Shown here one piece after another: positions 37,729 to 47,264 of a stretch of DNA of 56,350 bases. The translations under genes and the position numbers were made by a program. This DNA is from Candidatus Rokuibacteriota bacterium. GTDB taxonomy: Bacteria; Methylomirabilota; Methylomirabilia; Rokubacteriales; DASRDR01. The notes under the pieces are model-generated. The model was not told the DNA's origin, made no database searches, and saw only the letters and a list, made by a program, of their open reading frames with translations. Positions within the stretch are counted from its first letter, which is position 1. Each line of letters begins with the position of its first letter. The DNA lies in NCBI GenBank assembly GCA_044866005.1, contig JBIOTN010000162.1, positions 1 to 56,350 on the forward strand, in the 5' to 3' direction.

Positions 37729-38153
37729 CTCGCCTCGTCGTCGTCTGGCTCCACGTGCTCGCGGCGGCCGTGTGGGTGGGCGGCCTGCTCTACGGGAGCC
37801 ACCTGGTCGTCCCCGCGCTGGCCCGCGGCGAGCGGGCCTGTCTGCCCCTCCTCACGCGGGCGCGTGCGGCGGCGTGGGCGGCGATCGGCCTGCTGATCGC
37901 GACGGGCCTGGAGAACCTCCGTCACGCGCGGCTCGACAGCCCGTGGCTCCTGGCCAAGGTCGCCCTGGTCATCCCGCTCCTCGCGCTCGCCGCGCACCGC
38001 GACTTCGCCCTGCTGCCGCGCGCGGCGCGGGCCATCGCGCAGGGCGAGCCGCCGGCCACGGAACTGGGCGGCCTCCGCCGGCTCGACCGGATCCTGCTCG
38101 GCCTGGCGGTGGTCGTCCTGTTCCTCGGTGTCGGCATCAGCCGCGGTCGGTGA
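37725..38153 (+). CDS. small membrane protein, CopD/DUF4149-like
   Basis: WLHVLAAAVWVGG, LIATG, LLAKVALV; GTGA overlap. Confidence 0.75.
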   Translation: MTRLVVVWLHVLAAAVWVGGLLYGSHLVVPALARGERACLPLLTRARAAAWAAIGLLIATGLENLRHARLDSPWLLAKVALVIPLLALAAHRDFALLPRAARAIAQGEPPATELGGLRRLDRILLGLAVVVLFLGVGISRGR

Positions 38154-38158
38154 ATTTC

Positions 38159-38184
38159 TCGGCGGGGGCGAAGGCCCCCTCCGA
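38159..38184. repeat. REP-like palindrome copy
   Basis: TCGGCGGGGGC-GAAG-GCCCCCTCCGA. Confidence 0.65.
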
Positions 38185-38200
38185 CAGAGAGGGAGTCGCC

Positions 38201-38383
38201 ATGCCGAACATCACGATCCAGTGGTTCGCGGGCCGGACCGCGGAGCAGCGGCGGGAGATCGTCGCGGCCATCACCGAGGCCATGGTGCGAATCGGGAAGA
38301 CCACGCCCGACCAGGTCCACATCGTCTTCCAGGACGTCGAGAAGTCGCACTGGGGCGTGAACGGTCGCCTCGCCGGCGACTAG
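38201..38383 (+). CDS. 4-oxalocrotonate tautomerase family protein
   Basis: catalytic Pro1 (MPNITI), GRTAEQRR, WGVNG; 60 aa; GGGAG RBS. Confidence 0.9.
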   Translation: MPNITIQWFAGRTAEQRREIVAAITEAMVRIGKTTPDQVHIVFQDVEKSHWGVNGRLAGD

Positions 38384-38695
38384 CTCCCCGTAGCCCCGGA
38401 CCCGATTTCCCCGGACAGAAGCCCGGCGATCGGGGGCGGCCTCGGAACCAGATCCGTCACGAGGTCCGCCGTGCCTTCGGGGACTTCCAGAAGGTATCAA
38501 CCCCGGGTCGTGGCCATCGACGTGTTTCCCCACGGAGGTGGCCATGCGGTGTAGGCGCCGCCGCACTGTGTCCGCCATCCATCGAACGTCGGCGGCGGAA
38601 TCGTCCTCGACGCGGCCTCGCCTTCCTGCCGAACTCGCCCCGCGGGGGCCGGACGAGCGGCGCCGCGCGGGCGCTCGGCGTGACGGCGGCGCGGG

Positions 38696-39787
38696 TCAGC
38701 GGGGAATGTCGAGGGTGAAGGGGAGGGCGAGCTCGGCCGTCAGGGCGCGGAGCTGGCGGACGAGCCCCGGCGCGAGCGGGATGCCCTCGCGCCGGCGGCG
38801 CGCTTCGCACTCCCACTCGGGCTCGCCGGCCACCCAGATGCGCTGGGCGCCCTCCGCCTTCGGCGAGTCCTTGAGCGCGCGGAGGAGGTCGTCGAGGTCG
38901 GCCTTGAACGCCTCGAGCGGGCGGAAGCGCCGGACGTCCATCGCGCCGAAGAAGTGGCCGACGTTCGCGCGCGTCGGCGGCGCGGCGGCGGCAGGCGGCG
39001 GCAGGCACGCGTGGGCGGCCCCCGCGAGGACGCCCGCCAGGATGTCCACCATGACGGAGAGCCCGTAGCCCTTGTGGCTTCCCTGCTCCGGCGTGCCGCC
39101 GAGCGGGGTGAGCAGCCGGGAGGCCAGGGCCAGGTTCGGGTCGGTCGTCGGTTGGCCCGCCGGATCGAGCGCCCACCCGGCGGGAATGGGCTTGGCCCAG
39201 CGCGAGGCCACGTGGAGCTTCCCGATCGCCACGGTGCTGGTCGCCATGTCGAGGACGAACGGGTACTCGCGACCGGCGGGCGCGGCGACCGACAGCGGGT
39301 TGGTGCCGAGCATCGGCTTCTTGCCGAACGTGGGGACGGTCGCCGGCCACGGGGCATTCGTCATGCTCACCCCGATCATGTCGTGAGCGAGCGCCATCAT
39401 CGAGTAGTTGGCGGCGGCGCCGAAGTGGTTCGAGTTGTGGACGGCGACGAATCCCACGCCGTGAGCGCGGGCCTTGGCGATGGCGAGCTGCATGGCGACG
39501 GTCGAGACGTAGTGGCCCCAGCCCTGGTTGCCGTCCACGACGCCGGTCGCCCCCTCGTCGCGTACCACCTGCGGCTCCGCCGTCGGGACGATGTAGCCGG
39601 CGCGGTGCCACTCGTGGTACTTCGGCAGCATCCCGACGCCGTGCGAGTCCACGCCGCGAAGGTCCGTGCGCACCAGGAGGTCGGCGGTGAGCCCGGCGAC
39701 GTCGGGCTTGGTCCCCCACCGCTCGAGGACGGCGCACGCGAGGGCCCGGAGCGCGTCGTGGCGGACGAGGAGCGGCCCGTCGGTCAC
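38696..39787 (-). CDS. Ldh_2 family oxidoreductase (ComC/malate-L-lactate dehydrogenase-like)
   Basis: GVDSHG, SNHFG, GTNPLS, LDMATS, HKGYGL. Confidence 0.92.
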   Translation of the reverse strand: MTDGPLLVRHDALRALACAVLERWGTKPDVAGLTADLLVRTDLRGVDSHGVGMLPKYHEWHRAGYIVPTAEPQVVRDEGATGVVDGNQGWGHYVSTVAMQLAIAKARAHGVGFVAVHNSNHFGAAANYSMMALAHDMIGVSMTNAPWPATVPTFGKKPMLGTNPLSVAAPAGREYPFVLDMATSTVAIGKLHVASRWAKPIPAGWALDPAGQPTTDPNLALASRLLTPLGGTPEQGSHKGYGLSVMVDILAGVLAGAAHACLPPPAAAAPPTRANVGHFFGAMDVRRFRPLEAFKADLDDLLRALKDSPKAEGAQRIWVAGEPEWECEARRRREGIPLAPGLVRQLRALTAELALPFTLDIPR

Positions 39788-40452
39788 GAGGCGGCGCTGC
39801 CCTTGTCGATCCCGGTGATGCGGATGGCGGCCGACTTCGACGCGTAGCGACGGTTGAGGCGCACCATCACCGCGGTCAGCCCTTCCAGGATCGGCGCCAT
39901 GGTGAGCGGGCCGGCGTCCAGGCAGCGCACCCCCAGGGTCTCGATCAGCGTCGCGGCCGTGGCCTTCGCCGCGGCGTCGTCGCCGCAGATCAGCACGTCG
40001 GCGTCGAGCGGCTGGCCGACGCTCACGAGCTCATGGGCGGCCAGGGAGTGGAGGCCCGCCACGACGGGCGTCTCGCGGCCGAGCACGGCCTGCGCTTCCT
40101 CCGCGGCCGAGCCCTCGGGCGGCGGCGCGTAGAGCCGAGGGCCGCCGAAATCGAGCGGCACCACGGCGTCGAGGACGACCTTGCCCGCCAGGGTCGCGCG
40201 CAGCTCGGTCAGGAGCGCGCGGTGCCCGGCGTGCGGGACCGCCACGACCACGACGTCGCCGTCGCGCGCGGCCGCGTCGTTCGTCCCGCCCTCGAACGCG
40301 GCGCCGGGCACCCGGCGCGCGAGGTCGCGCGCCCGGTCCCACGCGCGATCGGCGCTCCGCGAGCCGATCAGGATCTGGTGGCCGGCCCGGGCCCAGCGGA
40401 GCGCGAGCCCCGTCCCTTCCTTGCCCGTCCCACCGAGGATCGCGACGTTCAC
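39784..40452 (-). CDS. npdG: NADPH-dependent F420 reductase (F420H2:NADP+ oxidoreductase, Fno)
   Basis: ILGGTGKEG.GLALRWA, IGSR, EGSAAE, AIRITGI. Confidence 0.92.
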   Translation of the reverse strand: MNVAILGGTGKEGTGLALRWARAGHQILIGSRSADRAWDRARDLARRVPGAAFEGGTNDAAARDGDVVVVAVPHAGHRALLTELRATLAGKVVLDAVVPLDFGGPRLYAPPPEGSAAEEAQAVLGRETPVVAGLHSLAAHELVSVGQPLDADVLICGDDAAAKATAATLIETLGVRCLDAGPLTMAPILEGLTAVMVRLNRRYASKSAAIRITGIDKGSAAS

Positions 40453-41363
40453 ACGAAGATCCACCAGGCGGCGGCGCCGGCCCCCGCGGCGGCACCGACC
40501 CATCGCCAGAAGTTCGTCCGGAAGGGGGGGACGCCGAAGAACGGCGAGCGACGCTCGGCGGGCCGGATGCGGCCGTCGAGCAGGCCGGTCACGACCGTCG
40601 CCGCCTCGTCGAGCAGCACGCCGAGGGTGGCCGTGGCGAAGGCCGGGTCGCCGAGGGCCGGGTGCCCGACGTATCCCAGCCCGCCGCCGCGGAGCGGGTA
40701 GTTCGGACGCAATCGCGCCGCGAGCGGGTATCGTGCCGCGGGGAGCGCGCGGTAGCCGTCGCCCACCAGGTCCGGATGCAGGAGGAGCATGAGGGAGGTC
40801 TCCCAGAAGCCGCCGTGGGCGTCTTCCGCGAAGGCCTCGCGCTCCGCGGCGCGGAGCGGTCGACCGAGCGCGGACTCCACCTGTCCCAGGTACCGGCCGC
40901 GCCGGAACGCCCACGCCAGATGCCCGGTGAGCGCGGCCATCGTCGTGCCGTGGCGGCGCGACACGATCGCGGCGGCCTCTTCGAGCGCGACCAGGTGACC
41001 CGGGCCGCCGTGGCCGCTGAGCACGACGATGAACCGGAACCCGGCGCGCGCCAGCGAGGCGCCGTAGTCGACGACCACGTCCCGCACGGCCCGCTGGCGC
41101 ACCCGGACGGTGCCGACCGCGTCGAACGTGTGACTGCCGAGGAAGAGGGTCGGGGCCAGCACGGCGCGCCAGTCCGGGCGCTCGGCCACCAGCCGCTCCG
41201 CGAGAGCCCGGGCGAAGTGGCGGGCGCTCATGGCATCCACGCCCACCGGGAGGTGGGGGCCGTGCTCCTCGAGCGGGCTCACGGAGAGGAGAATGACGGT
41301 CCGCCCGCGGTCGAGCGCGTCCAGCGCCGGCGAGCTCATCTCCTCCAGCCGGTGCACGCTCAC
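40449..41363 (-). CDS. creatininase-family amidohydrolase
   Basis: EEHGPHLPVGVD, SGHGG, DAHGGFWETS. Confidence 0.88.
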   Translation of the reverse strand: MSVHRLEEMSSPALDALDRGRTVILLSVSPLEEHGPHLPVGVDAMSARHFARALAERLVAERPDWRAVLAPTLFLGSHTFDAVGTVRVRQRAVRDVVVDYGASLARAGFRFIVVLSGHGGPGHLVALEEAAAIVSRRHGTTMAALTGHLAWAFRRGRYLGQVESALGRPLRAAEREAFAEDAHGGFWETSLMLLLHPDLVGDGYRALPAARYPLAARLRPNYPLRGGGLGYVGHPALGDPAFATATLGVLLDEAATVVTGLLDGRIRPAERRSPFFGVPPFRTNFWRWVGAAAGAGAAAWWIFV

Positions 41364-42769
41364 GACAGGCGCTCCTTCACCGCGGCCAGGTAATCCACCC
41401 TCGCGCGCTCGAGCTCGCGGACGATGGCCGCGCGTTCGCCGAGGAGGCGTCCCGCGGCCTGGCGGTGCGTGAGGCCGAGCGTCGCCAGCCGGAGCTGGCT
41501 CCGGAGCCGGCCGAGCCCGACGAGGTAGTGGTAGGCGAGGAGCCCGCTCCCGGGAAGGGAGAGCGCGAAGGCCAGGGCCCACGCCGGGCTCGTCAGGCGC
41601 GCGACGAGCCAGACCTCGATTCCCCAGAAGAGAGGAACCGCGACGATGCTCACGAGGAACCGCACGGTGGCGTAGTTCGTCTCTTTCCTCGCCAGACGCC
41701 GCGACAGCCACCGGGGGACGAGGTAGGGCAGCGCGTTGACCGCCGCGCCGTAGACGAAGAACGGCAGCCCGACGAGGGCCTGGCCCGAGAGCCGGAGTCG
41801 GCGCGCCGCGGTCGGCCGGGCCAGTCGCGCCCGGACCGCCTCGTCCCGGACGCGGTGCTCCGCCAGCATGGCCCGATAGCCCTGGATCCGGTGCCAGAGC
41901 CGCTCGACCCGGGCCGGCTCCAGACTCTTGAAGTGGCCGGCGGCCTCGACGATGGCGCGGGAGAGTCGGAACGGGTCGATCTCGCCCGGCCCGAGGCCGC
42001 GCGCCGCCCGGAGCTGCCGGACGAGCTCGTCCCGGAAGAGCTCCTCGACGGCTTGCCCGAGCTCCGCCATGTCGATCCGGTCCGCGTGGATCACCTGCGA
42101 GGTGAGCCCCCACTGGATCCGCATCGTCAGGGCGTCCACGGCCTTGGCCGGATCCTCGCGGTACTGCGCGAGGTGAGGCTCCACGGGGACCGGCGGCCCG
42201 AAGGCGACGAGGACGCGCCGTCGGAACGACTTGCGCGCCGCGAAGTTCAGGCCGACGGGGATCACGGCGAGCGCGGCCGTGTCTGGCCGCGCGGCCGCGC
42301 GGCGCGCCGCCTCGTAGATGAGCGCGAGGCGGGCCGCGCCCGGCTTGATCCGCTCGAGCCCCGCGCCGGCGTGCGTCCGACCTTCCGGGTAGATCGCGAT
42401 CACGCCGTGTGCGCGCAGGACGGCGAGACCGGCGGCGAACGCCTCGGCGTTCCGGTCGACCGCGTCGGGTCCCTCCTGCGCGCGGTAGACGGGAATCACG
42501 CCGCACCGGCGGAGAAAGCCGGCGACGAGCGGGTGCCGGAACAACGCGGCCGTCGCGACGTAGTGGACGGGTCTTGCGACGATCGCGCCGACCAGCAGCG
42601 AGTCGATGAGGTTGTTGGGGTGGTTGATGCAGAGGACGACCGGCCCGGTCCGCGGCAGCCGTTCCGGGTGGCGCACGTCCACCGTCCTGAAAAAGAACCA
42701 GACCCAGAACCGGACCACGAGGCGGACGAGCGCGTAGAGGCGATCGCCGCCGCGGACCGCTCCGCCCAT
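41360..42769 (-). CDS. membrane lysophospholipid/glycerol-3-phosphate acyltransferase
   Basis: NHPNNLID (HX4D), IPVYR, YPEG, C-terminal TM helices. Confidence 0.88.
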   Translation of the reverse strand: MGGAVRGGDRLYALVRLVVRFWVWFFFRTVDVRHPERLPRTGPVVLCINHPNNLIDSLLVGAIVARPVHYVATAALFRHPLVAGFLRRCGVIPVYRAQEGPDAVDRNAEAFAAGLAVLRAHGVIAIYPEGRTHAGAGLERIKPGAARLALIYEAARRAAARPDTAALAVIPVGLNFAARKSFRRRVLVAFGPPVPVEPHLAQYREDPAKAVDALTMRIQWGLTSQVIHADRIDMAELGQAVEELFRDELVRQLRAARGLGPGEIDPFRLSRAIVEAAGHFKSLEPARVERLWHRIQGYRAMLAEHRVRDEAVRARLARPTAARRLRLSGQALVGLPFFVYGAAVNALPYLVPRWLSRRLARKETNYATVRFLVSIVAVPLFWGIEVWLVARLTSPAWALAFALSLPGSGLLAYHYLVGLGRLRSQLRLATLGLTHRQAAGRLLGERAAIVRELERARVDYLAAVKERLS

Positions 42770-42833
42770 CAGGGCGCCGCGACCGGACCGTGAAAGTCAC
42801 GGCGTGCCGCGCACTTGCCGTGCACGGCTTCCC

Positions 42834-42863
42834 AGTGTAGGGAACGTGGGCGCGAGGTGTCAA
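42834..42863 (-). promoter_or_regulatory. promoter TTGACA-N18-TACACT for acyltransferase operon
   Basis: near-consensus hexamers upstream of 42769. Confidence 0.6.
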
Positions 42864-42946
42864 GGACGCGGCGCCGCGCGGGGTCGGTACGCGCCATGCA
42901 TGAGTCACTCCGGCGCTCCAGAATCCGACGATCGGCAGGTGACGCG

Positions 42947-43348
42947 ATGCAGGAGCAGGTCGAGATCCAGCAGATTCCGGTCAAGGTCTATCGCTCGGGC
43001 GACCGCCTGACCGTGGCCGCGCCGATGCCGGGGCTCGGCCCCGAGGACATCACCGTCGAGGTGACGGCGGACGGGTACCTGGTCCTCAACGGGCGGCTCC
43101 GCGGTGCGCTCAGGGGAGAGAAAGAGCTCCTGGCCGACGAGTGGTCGGTCGGGCCATACCACCGAAACCTGGCGTTGCCGGCGCCGGTGGACGGGCAGGC
43201 GGCGACGATCACCTACGGCAACGGCGTGCTGGTGGTGGCCCTGCCGGTGGCCCGGGAGACGCGGGCGGCCCGCGCGACGCTCGAGCGGGTCGGCCCGGCC
43301 CGTGGTGAAGGCGGGGGCGGCACCAGCGGCGAGCGAGACGTGGCTTGA
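42947..43348 (+). CDS. small heat-shock protein (Hsp20)
   Basis: MPGLGPEDITVEV, LALPAPVD, YGNGVLVVALP. Confidence 0.88.
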   Translation: MQEQVEIQQIPVKVYRSGDRLTVAAPMPGLGPEDITVEVTADGYLVLNGRLRGALRGEKELLADEWSVGPYHRNLALPAPVDGQAATITYGNGVLVVALPVARETRAARATLERVGPARGEGGGGTSGERDVA

Positions 43349-43380
43349 CACGGGCCGCTTTCGGGGTTTCACTACACCGT

Positions 43381-43617
43381 GACGGGGTGATGAGGCGCCC
43401 TCACCCGTCGTGGCAGGAACCGACGAGGAGGTCAACGATGGAAACTCCACCGGACCTGCCGGGCGCGTCATCGGGGCAGGCTGCCTGATGGCGCGCGTCG
43501 CGGCGATGTAGTCTCGAATCCCGGCTCCTGCCGGGACGCGCAGTATAGCCTGCGCAACCTCATGAAAGCCCGGGGACGGCACCGGTGCACCGGTCGGCTC
43601 CCCGGGCTTTGGTGTTT
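43381..43617 (+). ncRNA. candidate structured small RNA or leader containing a 16-codon ORF (43438-43488)
   Basis: TTGACA at 43345, consecutive hairpins, AGGAGG-ATG, terminal terminator-like hairpin. Confidence 0.45.
43565..43617 (+). terminator. intrinsic terminator-like hairpin
   Basis: AAAGCCCGGGGA...TCCCCGGGCTTT followed by GGTGTTT. Confidence 0.65.
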
Positions 43618-43638
43618 AGGAATGGGGGGAGGACGACG

Positions 43639-43980
43639 GTGATCAGCAAGGAAACGGCGCGGTCCACCTACGTCGACGTCTCGCGCATCGCGTGGGAGCC
43701 CGGTCCCTATCCCGGCGTCGAGACCAAGGTGCTCTACGCGGACGGCTCCGGACGCCGGACCGTCCTCACGCGGCTCGCGCCCGGCGCCACGCTCCCGCGG
43801 CATCGCCACGTGGGGATCGAGCAGAGCTTCGTCCTGGAAGGCGCGCTCGTGGACGAGGACGGGGCCTGCAGGGCGGGGAACTTCGTGTGGCGCCGGCCCG
43901 GCTCGGTCCACACGGCCCGGGCTCCCGAGGGCGCGCTCCTTCTCGCGATCTTCGACGCCCCCAACGAATTCCTCGACTGA
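43639..43980 (+). CDS. cupin protein (ChrR-like/Cupin_7)
   Basis: GGAGGA RBS; PRHRHVGIEQSFVLEG, RPGSVH. Confidence 0.88.
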   Translation: MISKETARSTYVDVSRIAWEPGPYPGVETKVLYADGSGRRTVLTRLAPGATLPRHRHVGIEQSFVLEGALVDEDGACRAGNFVWRRPGSVHTARAPEGALLLAIFDAPNEFLD

Positions 43981-43984
43981 TTGG

Positions 43985-44010
43985 TCGGAGGGGGCCTCGG
44001 CGGCCTCCCC
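43985..44010. repeat. REP-like palindrome copy
   Basis: TCGGAGGGGGCC-TCGGC-GGCCTCCCC. Confidence 0.6.
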
Positions 44011-44071
44011 GGGTCGCCGGCCCCGCCGCGGGGCGCGTCGGGCTTGCTGGCCGTCCGACCGTGCCGATCGA

Positions 44072-44115
44072 CGGACACCGCCGCGGGTGGCGAGCCGGCG
44101 ACAGGACCCGCGGCG
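44072..44115 (+). repeat. intact 44-nt hairpin element
   Basis: CGCCGCGGGT...ACCCGCGGCG stem; matches split copy at 28240-28398. Confidence 0.7.
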
Positions 44116-44133
44116 GGGGTGAGAAGGGGCTAG

Positions 44134-45525
44134 CTAGCGAAAGAGGTCCTGCGAAGGGTCCCGCAAGAGCTCGCGGGCGGAGCCCGCGCCCGGGGTCCAG
44201 TCGTAGCCGCGGACCAGCGCCACGGGGACGCCGTCGAGCTTCCCCATCACCAGCTCGGCTGCCCCGGCCAGCTCGTCGGCGACCGCCAGCACCGTGGCCT
44301 GGAGCGTGTAGCCGTGGGCGTCCGGCACGCCGAGGTAGCTCCGCAGGGGCCGCATCCCGGCGACGCCCAGCGCCACGTTCTGGAGTCCCTCCCGCCACGG
44401 CCGGCCGAACGTGTCCGCGACGATGACGGCGACCTCCGCGCCGGCGACGGCGCGGAGGCGCTCGACGAGCGCGCGCGCCGACGCGTCGGGGTCCGCGGGG
44501 AGGAGGCTGACCCAGCCGGCTCCGACGTTCGACTGGTCCACCCCGGCGTTGGCGCAGATCTGGCCGTGGTGCGTCTCGGTGATCAGGACGCCGCGGTCCA
44601 TCCGCACGATCCGGCGTGACTCGCGGAGGATCACCTCGATCAACCGGGCGTCCTTCTTCAAGCTGCGCCCGACCTCGGCCGCGAAGGCCGACGGCGTCAC
44701 CTCCGCCAGCCGCACGAGGCGCCCCTCGGCTTTGGAGACGACCTTCTGGCTCACGACGAGGAGGTCGCCGCTGGCGAGCGGGGTGCCCTGGGCGTCGGCC
44801 GCGGCGACGACGAGCGCGGCGAGGTCGTCGCCAGGGTGGACCTCCGGAAGGCCACGGACCCCCAGCACCTCGACCCGGGGCGCGCCGCGGCCGCCCCGGC
44901 CGGAGGCGCGCAGGGCCCCGGCCGCGCGCGTGGCCGCTCCCTGGGTGCGGAGCGCCTCGAGGTCTTCGGGTCCGTCGATGTCGAGCCCCGCGCCCGGCAG
45001 CGCGAGGACCACCGGCTCGATGCCGCGGGCCCGGGCCGCGGCGAGGTGGTCGGCGAACGAGGGCTCGCCGAACCGGAGCGGGACCGCATCGGGGGGCGCG
45101 AGGCACGCCGCGTTCGTCCCGACGCCGCTGCGGGAGGGGACGAAGACCGCGGCGGGCGGCGGGCCGCAGGCCTCCAGGATGGCGCGCACCTCCTCGGTCG
45201 TCAGGCAGGGCACGTCCCCGGGAACCGTCAGCATGAGCCGCGCGCCGAGCTCCCGGCACGCCGCGAGCCCCCGACCCACCGCCGCGGTGTGCCCCGCGCT
45301 CTCGCGCTCCTCGAGCACCGTCGCGCCGTACCGCTCGGCGAGCGCCGCCACGCCGGGATCGGGCGTGACCACGATGATGCGGTCGAGCGCCGCCGCCGCC
45401 AGCGCGGCGAGCACGTCTTCCAGCATCGCCCGGGCGAGGCCCGACCGCGCGTCGCCGGGCAGGGCCCGGGCCAGGCGCTGCTTGGCGCTGCCGAAGTCCT
45501 TGGCGGGCACGACCGCGACCTTCAC
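44134..45525 (-). CDS. cofC-cofE: fused CofC guanylyltransferase and CofE F420-0:gamma-glutamyl ligase
   Basis: N-half PAKDFGSAKQRL, GTNA, FGEPSF..H, DIDGPEDL; C-half SQKVVSKAEG, ANAGVDQSN, DTFGRPWREG, DLFR. Confidence 0.92.
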   Translation of the reverse strand: MKVAVVPAKDFGSAKQRLARALPGDARSGLARAMLEDVLAALAAAALDRIIVVTPDPGVAALAERYGATVLEERESAGHTAAVGRGLAACRELGARLMLTVPGDVPCLTTEEVRAILEACGPPPAAVFVPSRSGVGTNAACLAPPDAVPLRFGEPSFADHLAAARARGIEPVVLALPGAGLDIDGPEDLEALRTQGAATRAAGALRASGRGGRGAPRVEVLGVRGLPEVHPGDDLAALVVAAADAQGTPLASGDLLVVSQKVVSKAEGRLVRLAEVTPSAFAAEVGRSLKKDARLIEVILRESRRIVRMDRGVLITETHHGQICANAGVDQSNVGAGWVSLLPADPDASARALVERLRAVAGAEVAVIVADTFGRPWREGLQNVALGVAGMRPLRSYLGVPDAHGYTLQATVLAVADELAGAAELVMGKLDGVPVALVRGYDWTPGAGSARELLRDPSQDLFR

Positions 45526-46454
45526 GCCCGGACTCCCACGGCATCGAGGAGGGCGCGCGCGAGGGCGCTCTCCGCGGCGGCGTCGGTCATGAGCGTCTCC
45601 GTGGGGGCGGACCGGAGGCCGCGCCGCGCGAGGTCGGACGCGGCCGCCGCGTCACGCCGATCGAAGACCAGCACGTCGAGCCACGGCCGGTACGCCTCGG
45701 CCACGCCGAGGACCGTGACGGGCAGCCCGCGCGCGCGCATGAGCTTCCCGGCCGGGCCGCTCACGGGCGCGTCTCCGACGATCGGGCTCACGGCGGCGAT
45801 GGGGGCCGCGGTCCGGCCGAGGGCCTCGACGATCCCGGGGACCGCGAGGATCGGCCCGATCGAGGTGACGGGGTTCGAGCAGCAGACGATCACGGCTTCC
45901 GCCTCGAGGATCGCGTCGAGGACGCCCGGGGCGGCGCGCGCAGCCTCGGCCCCCGCGTAGGCGACCTCGAGGACCTCGGGCTGGGCCTTGTCGCGCACGA
46001 AGAACTCCTGGAAGGCGAGCCAGCCCTCGGGCGTGCGGATTCGCGTCCGGACGCGGTCGTCCGACATGGGCAGGAGGCGCGCCGTCAGGCCGAGCGCGGC
46101 GGTGACGGCGGCCGTCGCCGTGGACAGGGTCGCGCCGGCCTGCAGGAGGTGGGTGCGGAGGAGGTGGGTCGCCAGGTCGCGGTCCCCGAGGCCGAACCAG
46201 GTATCCCGGCCGAGCCGCCCCATGGCGGCGTGACAGTGGAAGGTGTCGTCCCGGATGCCCCAGCCCCGGACGGGATCGAGCAGGCCCGCCAGCGCGTACG
46301 CGACGGAGTCCAGGTCCGGGGAGACGTGGAGGCCCCAGCATTCGAGGTCGTCCCCGGTGTTGCCGACGATGAGGAGCCGCGCGGGGTCGGTGACGCGGCT
46401 CAGGCCCCGCAGGAGCTTGGCGGCACCGGTGCCCCCCGCGAGCGCGACGAGCAT
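45522..46454 (-). CDS. cofD: 2-phospho-L-lactate (LPPG/EPPG:FO) transferase
   Basis: [50 protein letters not shown]. Confidence 0.95.
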   Translation of the reverse strand: MLVALAGGTGAAKLLRGLSRVTDPARLLIVGNTGDDLECWGLHVSPDLDSVAYALAGLLDPVRGWGIRDDTFHCHAAMGRLGRDTWFGLGDRDLATHLLRTHLLQAGATLSTATAAVTAALGLTARLLPMSDDRVRTRIRTPEGWLAFQEFFVRDKAQPEVLEVAYAGAEAARAAPGVLDAILEAEAVIVCCSNPVTSIGPILAVPGIVEALGRTAAPIAAVSPIVGDAPVSGPAGKLMRARGLPVTVLGVAEAYRPWLDVLVFDRRDAAAASDLARRGLRSAPTETLMTDAAAESALARALLDAVGVRA

Positions 46455-46571
46455 GGTGAGACCAGTCTAGCCTCGGTCAGGCCGAGAAGCGAGCGGGGCC
46501 GGCACGCAGGGCTGCGGCCGCGGAGGAAGCCCGAGGACGACGGGATCCGACGGTCATCGGCACGGCAGGAG

Positions 46572-47129
46572 CTAGCGGCGGCGGCGTTCGAGATCGGGCG
46601 TGGCGATCGTATAGCTGCCGGGGCGCCGCCAGGCGTGGAGTCCGGTTCCGGGCCGCCCGCGCAGGCTCGCCGGCAGCGACGCTTCGGGGACCGGAACGAA
46701 GCCAAAGCGCACCCAGAGGCGGTCGAGGCCCTGAGGGCGCGTGAAGAGCGTGTTCAATCCAGCAGCCGTCGCCTCGTCGAGGAGGGGCGCGACGAGTTGC
46801 GCCGCGACCTCGAGCGGCTCGGCGCCCGCCGGCGGCTCCACGACGACCGGGCCGTGGACGAACCCCTGCTCGCCCTGGCGCTCGACCAGCACGCCGCCCA
46901 CCACTCGTTCCTCGGCGACCGCCTCCCAGCCGAGCTCGCCGGCGCTCGGCGGCGGCGTCCACGCGCCGGCGAAGTCGAACAGGCGGCGGGCCTCGGCCCC
47001 ACCAGCCTGGCACGGGCGGTAGAGGATGCCCTGCCAGGTCCGGGGCGGGGGGGGCGGGCGGCTCGCCGTCGCGTCGTGGCGTCCTGCTGCATCACCGGGG
47101 TCGGCGGCCCGCCTCGACGTATGGGACAT
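46572..47129 (-). CDS. hypothetical protein, possibly degenerate GNAT fold
   Basis: VVGGVLVE..GPVVV..WVRFGF pattern; no clear acetyl-CoA motif A; start uncertain. Confidence 0.5.
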   Translation of the reverse strand: MSHTSRRAADPGDAAGRHDATASRPPPPPRTWQGILYRPCQAGGAEARRLFDFAGAWTPPPSAGELGWEAVAEERVVGGVLVERQGEQGFVHGPVVVEPPAGAEPLEVAAQLVAPLLDEATAAGLNTLFTRPQGLDRLWVRFGFVPVPEASLPASLRGRPGTGLHAWRRPGSYTIATPDLERRRR

Positions 47130-47264
47130 ACGCCGCGGCGGGCCTCCTCCCTGCGGTCTGGGTCTGGTCGGTTCTCGACCCGCCACGGCTGGCGTGAGGC
47201 CGCTGCCACGCCGGCTCGGCCGCCGGACCGGAACCGGCCGCCGGCCGACCGCGGCACGGATCGG

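Noticed and set aside
38384..38695. small ORF or RNA in the gap between convergent genes
   Set aside because: No convincing RBS, motif or extended structure
43381..43520. tmRNA or fluoride riboswitch
   Set aside because: The peptide ends in AA, but no tRNA-like ends or T-arm/CCA are present; the GGTGATGAGGC start resembles crcB but loop length and spacing do not fit
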